From contig DATNGC010000158.1 in assembly GCA_035606075.1 (NCBI GenBank), forward strand, positions 1 through 17,159: DNA of 17,159 bases. The letters are read 5' to 3'. Shown here in pieces: positions 1 to 8,349 of the stretch; position 1 is the stretch's first letter, and every line of letters begins with the position of its first letter. The translations under genes were made by a program, and so were the position numbers. The DNA is from Elusimicrobiota bacterium (lineage in GTDB: Bacteria > Elusimicrobiota > Elusimicrobia > UBA1565 > UBA9628). The notes under the pieces were generated by a model. It had not been told where the DNA came from. It did not search any database and was given only the letters and a program-made list of their open reading frames with translations.

Positions 1-317
1 AAGTTCGGCATCGGCGGCGACGGCGCGGCCAAGGGCGCCGGCGAGAGCGGAGCGAGCGGGGCGGGAGTCTCGGCGACGGGCGCCGGCGGCGCGGCCCGCG
101 TCAGCCAGGCGTCGAGCTTCTCGCGAGCGGCCGGCTTCAGGCGGTGCAGAACGAGGCTGAGGTTGAAGCCCTCCGCCTGCGCGGGCGAGGGGCGGCCCAT
201 CAGGGCGCCGAATTTTTTCAGAAGCGCGGCGACGTCGGAGGGCCCGCCTTGGAGCAGGAGAACGTGACGGTCGGGATCGTCGGCGCTGGGCGTCGGCCGG
301 ATCTCCCACTTCTCCAT
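1..317 (-). CDS. hypothetical protein, N-terminal fragment (continues beyond window start)
   Basis: The minus-strand frame has strongly G/C-ending codons and translates MEKWEIRPTPSADDPDRHVLLLQGGPSDVAALLKKFGALMGRPSPAQAEGF... The ATG at 317..315 overlaps the TGA of the upstream gene (TGATG). It is absent from the ORF track because it runs off the window edge. Confidence 0.45.
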   Translation of the reverse strand, partial: MEKWEIRPTPSADDPDRHVLLLQGGPSDVAALLKKFGALMGRPSPAQAEGFNLSLVLHRLKPAAREKLDAWLTRAAPPAPVAETPAPLAPLSPAPLAAPSPPMPN

Positions 318-1168
318 CAGGCCTCGCCGCTCAGCAGCATCATGTCGACGATCACGTCGACGGCGGTGGACTTCTTCTGCACGTCAGCCGGCGCCACGGA
401 GCGGAACATGAGGCCGCCGCGCGCGCAGGCCTCCGACAAGCCCTCGATCTTGGCCGGCGGCCAGCCCTCGACGACCGCGAGCACGGCCACGGCCTTGGCG
501 TCGCGGGCCTTCTCGAACACGGCGGCCGGATCGCTGGAAGGGCTGAGCTCGGCGGACATGACGGAGCGCAGGAAGATCGGCTTCTTCGAGATGGTCCGGG
601 CCGCCTGCGAGAGATAGGCCGCGAAGCCGGCGCGCGCCTCGGCGCAGGCGAACGTGTAGACGTACGCGACGCGCCGGATCTGGTCCTTGGGCGTGTTCGG
701 CGGGATATCCTCCGGCGCGGCGGCGGGCACGGCGGCCGCGGGCGGCGTCGGAGCCGCGGGAGCCGGCGCGGGCGCGGCGGCGGCCGAGGCGGGCGCCGCG
801 GGCTTGGGCGGCTCGACGGGCTTCGGAGGCGCCGCCGCCGGCTTCGGGGGCTCGGCGGCCTTCGGCGCCTCGACGGGTTTCGGCGGCTCGATCGGCTTGG
901 GCGGCTCCTCTTTCTTGGCGGGCGTCGAGATGAAGCCCGGGCGCGGAGGAAGATCGATCTTCATCGACTCCGCGGCCGACGCCGGCGGCGCGACGACCTC
1001 GGGAGGCTTCGGCGGCTCGACGGGCTTGGGCGGCTCGGCGGGCTTCAAGGGTGCCGCCGGCGGGGCGGGCGCGGCCACCGCCTCATCGCCGATCCCGGAG
1101 AGGATCGCGTCGAGATCCGACAGGATCCCTTGGATATCCTCGGGCTGCTCTTTCCCCTCGTCCGCCAT
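317..1168 (-). CDS. Pro-rich repeat protein: acidic N-terminus, ~120-aa (E/A)PPKP-repeat linker and ~150-aa C-terminal globular domain of unknown function
   Basis: 283-aa ORF with consistently high GC3. The ATG at 1168 lies 2 nt after the pilT stop. Repeats of EPPKPVEPPKP, similar to a TonB-type EP/KP spacer, are encoded by tandem ~15-nt DNA repeats at 700-1070. The C-terminal domain was not recognised. Confidence 0.6.
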   Translation of the reverse strand: MADEGKEQPEDIQGILSDLDAILSGIGDEAVAAPAPPAAPLKPAEPPKPVEPPKPPEVVAPPASAAESMKIDLPPRPGFISTPAKKEEPPKPIEPPKPVEAPKAAEPPKPAAAPPKPVEPPKPAAPASAAAAPAPAPAAPTPPAAAVPAAAPEDIPPNTPKDQIRRVAYVYTFACAEARAGFAAYLSQAARTISKKPIFLRSVMSAELSPSSDPAAVFEKARDAKAVAVLAVVEGWPPAKIEGLSEACARGGLMFRSVAPADVQKKSTAVDVIVDMMLLSGEA

Positions 1169-1170
1169 CG

Positions 1171-2250
1171 TCAGCCGCCCGCGGCCAGGCCCTTCAAGCG
1201 CAGCGCGAGGTCCTCGGGATTCGTCGCTTCCTCGAGCACCGACGATTCGTCGATCTTACCTTCGGTGCAGAGACGCAGGAGATCCTGGTCGAACGTGTGC
1301 ATGCCGTAGTACGCGCCCCCCTCGAGCAGCTTGCGCAGCTCCGCGGTCTTGCCTTCGAGGAGATGGCGCCGCACCAGGCTGTTGCCGATCATGAGTTCGG
1401 TCGCGGGGTAGCGGGTCTTGCCGTCCTTCGACTTCACCAGGCGCTGACCGACGACGCCCTTGAGGCAGTTGGCGAGCTGCTGGCGCACCTGGCTGTGCTG
1501 ATGCGAGGGATGGGCGTCCACGATGCGGTCGACGGTCTGCGTCGCGTCGAGGGTGTGGATGGTCGAGACGACGAGATGGCCGGTCTCGGCGGCCGAGATG
1601 GCGGCCTGCATGGTCTCGAGGTCGCGCATCTCGCCGATGACGACGACGTCGGGGTCCTGGCGCAGAATGTGCTTCAGGGCGTTTCTGAAGGAGTGGGTGT
1701 CGAGGCCGACCTCTCTCTGCACGATCGTCGACTTCTGGTCGGTGTGGAAGTACTCGATCGGATCCTCGATGGTGATGATCCGGTGCTGGTGCGTGACGTT
1801 GATGTAGTTCAGGAAGCTGTTCAGCGTCGTGGTCTTGCCCGCGCCGGTGATGCCGGCGAACAGGATCAGGCCGCGGCTCTCGTTGCCGAGCTTGGTCAGG
1901 GCCTCGACGGGGAGGTTCAGCTCCTCGAACGTGCGCAGCTTGACCGGGACGACGCGCAAAGTGAGTCCGATGGAGCCCTTCTGCCGGTACACGTTGACGC
2001 GGAAGCGCGCGATGCCCTTGAGGCTGTAAGCGAGGTCGAGCTCCATCTCCTTGCCGAACGCCGCGGCCTGGTCCTTCGTCATGAGCTGCTCGGCGACGCT
2101 CTGGATGTCCTCCTCGCTCATCTTCTGGAGGTTGGTCGCCAGGATCATGGTGCCGCGCACGCGCAAGGCGGGAACGGAGTCGGCTTTGAAATGGATGTCC
2201 GAGATGTCCTTCTCGACCATCAGCGCCAGCAGGTTCTTGATGTCCACCAT
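1171..2250 (-). CDS. pilT: type IV pilus retraction ATPase PilT (twitching motility protein)
   Basis: Walker A GITGAGKTTTL, Walker B DVVVIGEMRD, His box GHLVVSTIHT and a PilT-type C-terminal motif NSLVRRHLLEGK are present. The N-terminus MVDIKNLL...SDIHF matches PilT. The ORF track starts at GTG 2265, but the in-frame ATG at 2250 fits the PilT N-terminus. Confidence 0.9.
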   Translation of the reverse strand: MVDIKNLLALMVEKDISDIHFKADSVPALRVRGTMILATNLQKMSEEDIQSVAEQLMTKDQAAAFGKEMELDLAYSLKGIARFRVNVYRQKGSIGLTLRVVPVKLRTFEELNLPVEALTKLGNESRGLILFAGITGAGKTTTLNSFLNYINVTHQHRIITIEDPIEYFHTDQKSTIVQREVGLDTHSFRNALKHILRQDPDVVVIGEMRDLETMQAAISAAETGHLVVSTIHTLDATQTVDRIVDAHPSHQHSQVRQQLANCLKGVVGQRLVKSKDGKTRYPATELMIGNSLVRRHLLEGKTAELRKLLEGGAYYGMHTFDQDLLRLCTEGKIDESSVLEEATNPEDLALRLKGLAAGG

Positions 2251-2337
2251 AGTTTTCGCAGTCACTCTCGAACGATCTCTATTCCTCTTAGCGTCAGCCA
2301 GTCCGAGGCTTGCGGACTGACGATCGAATTCTTCGGA

Positions 2338-2366
2338 ATTGTAAGCCGATTACCGCCGGGCGTCAA
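2338..2366 (-). promoter_or_regulatory. sigma70-like promoter for pilT (TTGACG-17nt-TACAAT)
   Basis: On the minus strand the sequence reads ttgacg cccggcggtaatcggct tacaat, with an exact 17-nt spacer. It lies ~80 nt upstream of the pilT ATG in an AT-richer stretch. A 7-bp stem hairpin (cagtccg/cggactg, 2299-2319) sits in the 5' UTR. Confidence 0.45.
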
Positions 2367-2392
2367 TCTCTTTTTTATTTCGCGCTCCGTGA

Positions 2393-2420
2393 GGAAAAGA
2401 CGGCCGGAGACCGGCGGCAG
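2393..2420 (-). terminator. weak candidate intrinsic terminator after the last BMC gene
   Basis: The minus strand reads gccgg-tct-ccggc followed by cgtctttt, about 120 nt after the BMC-H stop. The stem is short, so this call is tentative. Confidence 0.2.
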
Positions 2421-2540
2421 CGTTCTCGCCGGACGCGGCGCCGGCGGAACGGACGAAGCGGCCGCCGGCCCGGCTTTCGCCAGGCCGGCGACCAGCAGAT
2501 CGATGAGGTCGTCCCGGGTCAGCACGTCGCGGCGGGAGCG

Positions 2541-2828
2541 TTACTTCTCTAAGCGGATCGCGATGCGGTCCAGGTACTTCTCGAGGTCGTCGTGCGGGCG
2601 CGGGATCACGTGCACCGCGATCAGTTGGCCCACTTTGGAGGCGGCCGCGGCGGCGGCGTCCACGGCGGCGCGCACGGCGCCGACCTCTCCGCGGCACAGG
2701 GTGGTCACCAGGCCGTCCCCGACCTTCTCGTAGCCGAGCAGGCGCACCTTGGCCGACTTGCCCATCGCGTCCGAGGCCTCGATCATGCCGACGAAGCCTT
2801 TCGTCTCCACCATTCCCAGAGCTTCCAT
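2541..2828 (-). CDS. BMC-H shell protein (single Pfam00936-type domain, PduA/EutM-like), copy 1
   Basis: This 95-aa protein is [57 protein letters not shown]...VHVIPRPH. It is the only meaningful part of the 511-aa Arg-rich track ORF 2541..4076. A good SD sequence (aaggaga) lies upstream. Confidence 0.9.
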   Translation of the reverse strand: MEALGMVETKGFVGMIEASDAMGKSAKVRLLGYEKVGDGLVTTLCRGEVGAVRAAVDAAAAAASKVGQLIAVHVIPRPHDDLEKYLDRIAIRLEK

Positions 2829-2839
2829 GCGTTTCTCCT

Positions 2840-3148
2840 TTACTCGAACTCCTCGTCGGTCAGGCCGCGGTCCTCGGCGCCCGTCTCCAGGACCGCGTTG
2901 CAGCGCGTGCAGCGCCGCGGGGTGCTGTACGTCCGCACGCAGGCGTCGTCCTCGGGCCACCACTCCTCGAAGAACATCTCGACCTTCTTGTGGCACTTGA
3001 GGCAGAACTTCTCCAGCCCCGCGCCGCAGCCCGCGCAGAACTTCGGCAGCGGCTGCCCCTCGTGGGTGTGCATGATCGCGGCGCACGCCCCGCACTGCAG
3101 GTCGATGGTGATCTTGTACTTCGCCGGCTGCTTGTCGTCTTTGGCCAT
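2840..3148 (-). CDS. small Cys-rich protein with four CxxC motifs (putative double zinc ribbon) and an acidic C-terminal tail; unknown function
   Basis: This 102-aa ORF has CxxC pairs at C19/22, C38/41, C49/52 and C80/83. The third positions are G/C-rich. It is tightly packed between deoC and BMC-H, and an SD sequence (agaggga) is present. Confidence 0.6.
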   Translation of the reverse strand: MAKDDKQPAKYKITIDLQCGACAAIMHTHEGQPLPKFCAGCGAGLEKFCLKCHKKVEMFFEEWWPEDDACVRTYSTPRRCTRCNAVLETGAEDRGLTDEEFE

Positions 3149-3160
3149 ATCTGGGTCCCT

Positions 3161-4148
<988 letters not shown>

Positions 4149-4156
<8 letters not shown>

Positions 4157-4445
4157 ATTTTTTCACCTTTCCGCCGGAGACGACCGAGTCCACGATGCCC
4201 ACGATCACGGTCCGGATCGGCGCCTTGTCGTCGTGCAGCACCGAGCGCGCCGACCCGCCCTCGTCCATCACCAGAACGATCGAGCCCGGCCCGGAGCCGG
4301 TCACGTACTCCACGGCCATCTGCGCGTCGCCGAGCGGCTTCTCCGTCTGTGGATCGATAGGCCGCACGAGGAGAAGGCGCTTGTCGCACAGAGAGCAGTG
4401 CTTGCGCGTCCCCCACACGTTGCCGACGACTTCCGCTACAAACAT
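4149..4445 (-). CDS. BMC-P vertex pentamer protein (EutN/CcmL/PduN family), copy 1
   Basis: The protein reads [16 protein letters not shown]...LLLVRPI...[20 protein letters not shown]...IVGIVDSV. Its last 8 nt overlap the deoC start (ATGAATGA). Confidence 0.85.
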
Positions 4446-4455
4446 TCTTAATCTT

Positions 4456-4671
4456 TCAGCCGGCGAGAGCGACCTCGAACGGCTTTTTCTTCAAATTGCT
4501 GATCTTCAGAACCGAAAACCCGAGCACACGGCCCTCCGCATCGACTTTTTGCATGACTTGCTCATGTTTTGTCTCGCGAAAATAACCGGGTGTCTTGGAA
4601 TCGAACAGGACTTCGAGAAAATCTCCTTCAGGATCGAACCACACCTTCATCCTCGCTTTCACTTTGGCCAT
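4456..4671 (-). CDS. DUF2283-like small protein (putative antitoxin partner)
   Basis: This 71-aa protein is MAKVKARMKVWFDPEGDFLEVLFDSKTPGYFRETKH...GRVLGFSVL, the DUF2283 pattern (MK..YD.E.D.LYI). The real start is the ATG at 4671; the longer 152-aa track ORF has a junk N-terminus. It overlaps the upstream gene by 13 nt. Confidence 0.55.
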   Translation of the reverse strand: MAKVKARMKVWFDPEGDFLEVLFDSKTPGYFRETKHEQVMQKVDAEGRVLGFSVLKISNLKKKPFEVALAG

Positions 4672-4979
4672 AATCTCGGACCTCGTTTGATCGTGTCGGT
4701 GTAATACGCCGTCAAGACGAACGCATCGTGCGAGCGAATCTTGACCACGACGCAAAGATATTTGTCGCCGACGGGACTTCCAAAGATATAACGATAGTAT
4801 AGCCGCGCCTCGCCATCGGCGCGAGACTGAACGACCTGCTCGGGATGAAGAAGAATTCGACCGATGTCGGAAAGGCTTCGGTACATTTCTGGGTGTTCTT
4901 GGATATGATCCCACCTTTCATCGGTCAGCCGAATGCTTCGCCCTTCGTAGTCGTGAAAGACTTTCAAGGCGCCGCCCAC
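4659..4979 (-). CDS. DUF4258-like small protein (putative toxin partner of the downstream DUF2283-like gene)
   Basis: This ORF of ~100 aa is MGGALKVFHDYEGRSIRLTDERWDHIQEHPEM...KYLCVVVKIRSHDAFVLTAYYTD. It has a GTG start at 4979 or a TTG at 4967. Its size, its 13-nt overlap with the DUF2283-like gene and its low GC fit a TA module. Family assignment is from memory. Confidence 0.45.
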   Translation of the reverse strand: MGGALKVFHDYEGRSIRLTDERWDHIQEHPEMYRSLSDIGRILLHPEQVVQSRADGEARLYYRYIFGSPVGDKYLCVVVKIRSHDAFVLTAYYTDTIKRGPRLWPK

Positions 4980-5323
4980 GTTGCCTTCATTCCAGATGGA
5001 ATCACCAGCGTCCAGGCAATACGGGGTTCCAGTAGCCCCGTCACGTCACTTCTCGGGATAATATATAGGCATGGCGTCGTTTCGATGTCCTCAACCAGAT
5101 AAACGAAGTAGTCCATATGCTTCTGAATCGCTCTGAAGTGATGCATCTCCATCAATCGCCAGCCGGCGCTCTTCTTTCCGACCCCTTTTACTTCAATCTT
5201 CCGACCAATGGACTCAACATCGTATCCCTGCCCTTGTTTAATTGCGCGCGCGGTGCGACCTTGTTTCCTCTCGTATTCGATCACGAATTCAACGGCCTTT
5301 GTCTCTATCTCTTTGTTGGTCAT
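4964..5323 (-). CDS. small PD-(D/E)xK nuclease-fold protein (DUF3883 / Mrr-cat-like)
   Basis: This 119-aa protein reads ...AVEFVIEYERKQG...GYDVESIGRKIEVKG..., which gives an E...D...E-x-K arrangement typical of restriction-endonuclease-like folds. The gene is low GC. Confidence 0.45.
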   Translation of the reverse strand: MTNKEIETKAVEFVIEYERKQGRTARAIKQGQGYDVESIGRKIEVKGVGKKSAGWRLMEMHHFRAIQKHMDYFVYLVEDIETTPCLYIIPRSDVTGLLEPRIAWTLVIPSGMKATWAAP

Positions 5324-5365
5324 GCAATCCGTCCTGTCATGGCTGAATCTAGAGATATTACGCGG

Positions 5366-6046
5366 CTATTCGTCCCGCAGTTTGCTTTCGAATGCTGCCT
5401 TGTCTTTCTGTTCGGATAGGCTCGTCCTTTTCTCATCATCCTTTTCTTTTGACCAGCGAACCGCCATCAAATCCTTATCTATAAAAATGACGCCGCGTTC
5501 CCAGTATGTCTTCTCATTGCGAGGTATTTTCTGCTCATACAGCATCATTTCCCGATTGCCATCCCGCCAAAATGCCGCCTGACTGCATTTCGGCGTAACA
5601 GGGTTTCCTTCATATCGATTTGAAAAGGAGCTTACCAGCATCCAGCAATAAACAAGCGGGTCCGCGTGAGCGGCATTGTTGGGGCCATATTTTTCAGACT
5701 TAAACTTCAACAATCCGCTGAATCCGTACTGTCCGGCCTTGTGGCCATACCGTCCCAGCATCTTGTCAATTCGATGGTTGATGACAGTGTAATACACGTC
5801 GACATATGGCTCTGGTATTACGTCGCCCTGCGAGGACAAAAGCGTGTAAATCGAGGCTATGCCATCGGCGTCTTCCTTTGACGTCGGCATACCGACTTCA
5901 TACTTGCCGATGCCCATTCTTAATTTCCTATTAGGCACATCCACGGCATAAGCAACGAGTTGCCCGAAAGTTAACAGAAAAATCAGTTTGGCATATCGCT
6001 TCCCTGTCTGCCCGCGGTTAATCGAACTCATTCCCAAGGAAATCAT
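5366..6046 (-). CDS. secreted hypothetical protein with an N-terminal signal peptide
   Basis: This 226-aa ORF begins MISLGMSSINRGQTGKRYAKLIFLLTFGQLVAYA|VD, a signal-peptidase-I-type leader. The gene is low GC. Its ATG overlaps the TGA of BMC-P copy 2 (ATGA). No family was recognised. Confidence 0.45.
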   Translation of the reverse strand: MISLGMSSINRGQTGKRYAKLIFLLTFGQLVAYAVDVPNRKLRMGIGKYEVGMPTSKEDADGIASIYTLLSSQGDVIPEPYVDVYYTVINHRIDKMLGRYGHKAGQYGFSGLLKFKSEKYGPNNAAHADPLVYCWMLVSSFSNRYEGNPVTPKCSQAAFWRDGNREMMLYEQKIPRNEKTYWERGVIFIDKDLMAVRWSKEKDDEKRTSLSEQKDKAAFESKLRDE

Positions 6047-6318
6047 CGGAATTTTTTGACCTGATGTCCGTCGACGATCCCCACGATCGCCGCGTCGACG
6101 GGCGGGGCGTCCGGGAAGGCCACGGCGGCGTCCCGGGACGCCACCCAGAATACTTTTTCCGAAGAGCCCGCGCCGACGGCGTCGGCCGCCACGATGGGGT
6201 CCCCGATCGCGGATTCGTCCTCCCAGCGCAGCGGTTGGATCAACAATAGGGTCTTTTTGTCCACAGCCGGGTCCTGGCGGGAGCAGAAGACGCGGCCGAT
6301 CACGCGGGCGAGCTTCAT
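6043..6318 (-). CDS. BMC-P vertex pentamer protein (EutN/PduN family), copy 2
   Basis: This 91-aa protein is MKLARVIGRVFCSRQDPAVDKKTLLLIQPL...VAADAVGAG...AAIVGIVDGHQV. It is the genuine C-terminal part of the 399-aa Arg-rich track ORF 6043..7242. Its ATG overlaps the rpiB TGA (ATGA). Confidence 0.85.
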   Translation of the reverse strand: MKLARVIGRVFCSRQDPAVDKKTLLLIQPLRWEDESAIGDPIVAADAVGAGSSEKVFWVASRDAAVAFPDAPPVDAAIVGIVDGHQVKKFR

Positions 6319-6764
6319 CGCGAGTACTTCCTCTCGATGGCCGCGACCTTGGCGAGGCGGCCCTCGTGGCGGCCGCCCTCGAACGGAGTGGAGAAGAACA
6401 CCTTCACGATCTCGCCGTGGATCAGCTCGCCGTGCGACTTGCCGCCGATGCACAGGACGTTCGCGTCGTCGTGCTGCGCCGCCATGCGCGCCGACACCGA
6501 ATCGTAGGCCGCCACCGCGCGGACTCCCGGGACTTTGTTCGCGGCCATGCACACCGCCCCGCCGAAGCCGTCGATCAGCACGCCCTTGTCGAACTCGCGC
6601 CGCGCGACCGCCTCGGCCACGAGCTGGGCCACGTCGGGGTAGTCCACCGCGTCGAGCGAGTGACAGCCGAAGTCGACCACCTCGTGGCCCATTTTTTGAA
6701 TGGCCTTCTTGATGAAGTCCTTCGCGGAGAATCCGCCGTGGTCGCTGCCGATGACGACTTTCAT
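6315..6764 (-). CDS. rpiB: ribose-5-phosphate isomerase B (RpiB/LacAB family)
   Basis: The protein MKVVIGSDHGGF...DYPDVAQLVAEAV...GVLIDGFGGAVCMAANKVPGVRAV...ANVLCIGGK...EGGRHEGRLAKVAAIE is closely colinear with E. coli RpiB, as recalled. Confidence 0.9.
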   Translation of the reverse strand: MKVVIGSDHGGFSAKDFIKKAIQKMGHEVVDFGCHSLDAVDYPDVAQLVAEAVARREFDKGVLIDGFGGAVCMAANKVPGVRAVAAYDSVSARMAAQHDDANVLCIGGKSHGELIHGEIVKVFFSTPFEGGRHEGRLAKVAAIERKYSR

Positions 6765-7316
6765 TTATTTCCCGATGGTCGAGAGAAGCTGCGCGTCCGC
6801 CTGCGGGATCACGACGTGCGTCACGAGCTGGTCCGGGCGCAGGGACGACACCGCGGCCGCGAGCGCCGAGCGCACGTCGCCGACCTCGCCGCACAGAGTG
6901 AAGTACCCCTTGCCGCCGGGGACCACGGTCTTGACCTCGAGGATGTGGATCGACGCGGCCTTCGCGGCGGCGTCGGCGGCCTTGACCGTCGCGACCGCCT
7001 CCTTCGTCTCGACGATGCCAACCGCGTTGAGGACGTCGACGGGGATGCGCTTGTCGAGCGCCGAGATCACCTGCGAGTGGACGTTGCGGATCAGGACCTC
7101 GTCGACGAGCGTCTTGCCCATCACCTCTTTGCCGGCGCGGAGCGAGGACTCGACCTCGCCGACCGGGCCGGTGATGAGGATGACGTATTTGCCCCGAGCG
7201 ATCACGGCGGTCTTGGCGAGCTTGACCGCGGCCATCTTGCACATCGCGTCCGAGGCCTCGATGCCTTTGGCGATCGAGTTTCCTTCCAGGAATCCGACGG
7301 CGAGGTTGGCGAGCAT
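6765..7316 (-). CDS. BMC-T shell protein, tandem Pfam00936 domains (PduT-like); the pore cysteine of PduT is apparently replaced by Ala
   Basis: This 183-aa protein is MLANLAVGFLEGNSIAKGIEASDAMCKMAAVKL...LDKRIPVDVLNAVGIVETKEAVATVKAADAAAK...VVIPQAD and aligns by eye with PduT. The PduT motif TICPGK is VIARGK here. The real ATG is at 7316; the 220-aa track ORF carries 37 junk N-terminal residues. TAA is followed directly by the rpiB ATG. Confidence 0.85.
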   Translation of the reverse strand: MLANLAVGFLEGNSIAKGIEASDAMCKMAAVKLAKTAVIARGKYVILITGPVGEVESSLRAGKEVMGKTLVDEVLIRNVHSQVISALDKRIPVDVLNAVGIVETKEAVATVKAADAAAKAASIHILEVKTVVPGGKGYFTLCGEVGDVRSALAAAVSSLRPDQLVTHVVIPQADAQLLSTIGK

Positions 7317-7320
7317 GTCT

Positions 7321-8349
7321 TTACACTCCCAGCGCCTGACGCGTTGTGGCGTCGGCGGTCTTTTCGTTGAACCAGTTCGGGTACATGGGCACGGGCGCGG
7401 TCGCGGCGTCCAGCGTCGAGACCTCATCCTTCGTCAGTTCCAGATCGGCGGCTTTCAAGTTGTCTTCGAGCTGGGACATCTTGCTCGCTCCGACGAGGAT
7501 CGTGGTCGCCCAATCCTTCGAGAGCAGCCAGGCCAAGGCGACGGACGCCACCGAGGCGCCTTTTTTCTTCGCGATCTTCCCCATCGCGTCGATCAGGTCG
7601 TACGCCTTTTCCTTGTCCGTGGGCAGGAAGTCGAAATCCTTGAGCCGGCCCGAGCCGCCCGTCGGGTCCTTGCGCGTGTACCGGCCTGAGAGGAAGCCCC
7701 CCGCGAGCGGCGACCAGACCATCATCCCCACGCCCGCGGCGCGCATGAACGGGACCGTCTCGTGCTCGACGTCGCGCCCCACCAGCGACGCGTACATCTG
7801 CGCCGCGCGGAAGCGCGTCCAGCCCTTTTCTTTCTGAGTCGCGACCGCCAGCGCCGCCTGCCAGGCGGGCCAGTTGCTGTAGCCGACGTAGCGGACCTTG
7901 CCCGAGCGCACGAGGTCCTCGAGCGCGCGCAAGGTCTCGTCGAGCGGAGTGAACGGGTCCACGCGGTGAACGACGAAGAGGTCGAGCCAGTCCGTGCCCA
8001 GGCGCTTGAGGCTGCCCTCGGCCTGCATGATCAGGTTGCGCGCCGAGAGGCCCGTGCGCAGCTGCGAGTCGGAGGCGCGGAAGCCCGCCTTCGTGCAGAT
8101 TGCGATCTCCGCGCGCTTAGCGCCCAGAGCCTTGCCCAGGATCGTCTCGGACTCGCCGCCCGCGTACATGTCGGCGGAGTCGAAGAGATTGATGCCGGCA
8201 TCGAGACAGCGCCCGACGAGCGCGTTCGCCTCTTTCTGACCCGTCTTCCAGACGTTGCCCATCGGGCCTTGGCCCGAGCCGAACGTCATCGAGCCGAACG
8301 AGAGACGGGAGACGACGAGACCGGTGTCGCCGAGTCGAGCGTATTTCAT
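7321..8349 (-). CDS. aldo/keto reductase family oxidoreductase (Tas/YajO-like)
   Basis: This 342-aa protein is MKYARLGDTGLVVSRLSFGSMTFG...DSADMYAGGESE...KRLGTDWLDLFVVHRVD...GKVRYVGYSNW... It is the real C-terminal part of the 559-aa track ORF. Its ATG overlaps the aldehyde dehydrogenase TGA (ATGA). Confidence 0.85.
   Translation of the reverse strand: MKYARLGDTGLVVSRLSFGSMTFGSGQGPMGNVWKTGQKEANALVGRCLDAGINLFDSADMYAGGESETILGKALGAKRAEIAICTKAGFRASDSQLRTGLSARNLIMQAEGSLKRLGTDWLDLFVVHRVDPFTPLDETLRALEDLVRSGKVRYVGYSNWPAWQAALAVATQKEKGWTRFRAAQMYASLVGRDVEHETVPFMRAAGVGMMVWSPLAGGFLSGRYTRKDPTGGSGRLKDFDFLPTDKEKAYDLIDAMGKIAKKKGASVASVALAWLLSKDWATTILVGASKMSQLEDNLKAADLELTKDEVSTLDAATAPVPMYPNWFNEKTADATTRQALGV

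Larger units (their letters stand above)
4446..6046 (-). other. low-GC foreign-looking block (~1.6 kb, four genes) embedded inside the BMC operon
   Basis: Base composition drops visibly to about 45-50% GC between the stop-side of gene 4456..4671 and the start of gene 5366..6046. The flanking genes are about 70% GC. The content is a toxin-antitoxin-like pair, a PD-(D/E)xK-like protein and a secreted hypothetical. Confidence 0.6.

Noticed and set aside
144-617. 157-aa plus-strand ORF at the window start
   Set aside because: It is antisense to two better-supported minus-strand genes, and the translation has no coherent features.
2262-2525. 87-aa minus-strand ORF between BMC-H and pilT
   Set aside because: The second half uses A/T-ending codons atypical for this genome and contains the TTGACG-17-TACAAT pilT promoter. 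It has a GTG start with no convincing RBS and is most likely non-coding leader DNA.
1051-2733. 560-aa plus-strand ORF, and similar long plus-strand ORFs (687..1394, 6366..7370, 8382..10460, 11309..12838, 12615..14540)
   Set aside because: These are antisense to genes with clear homology (pilT, aldehyde dehydrogenase, 5'-nucleotidase and others). Their products are low-complexity Arg/Ala/Gly-rich strings typical of spurious open frames in 70%-GC DNA.
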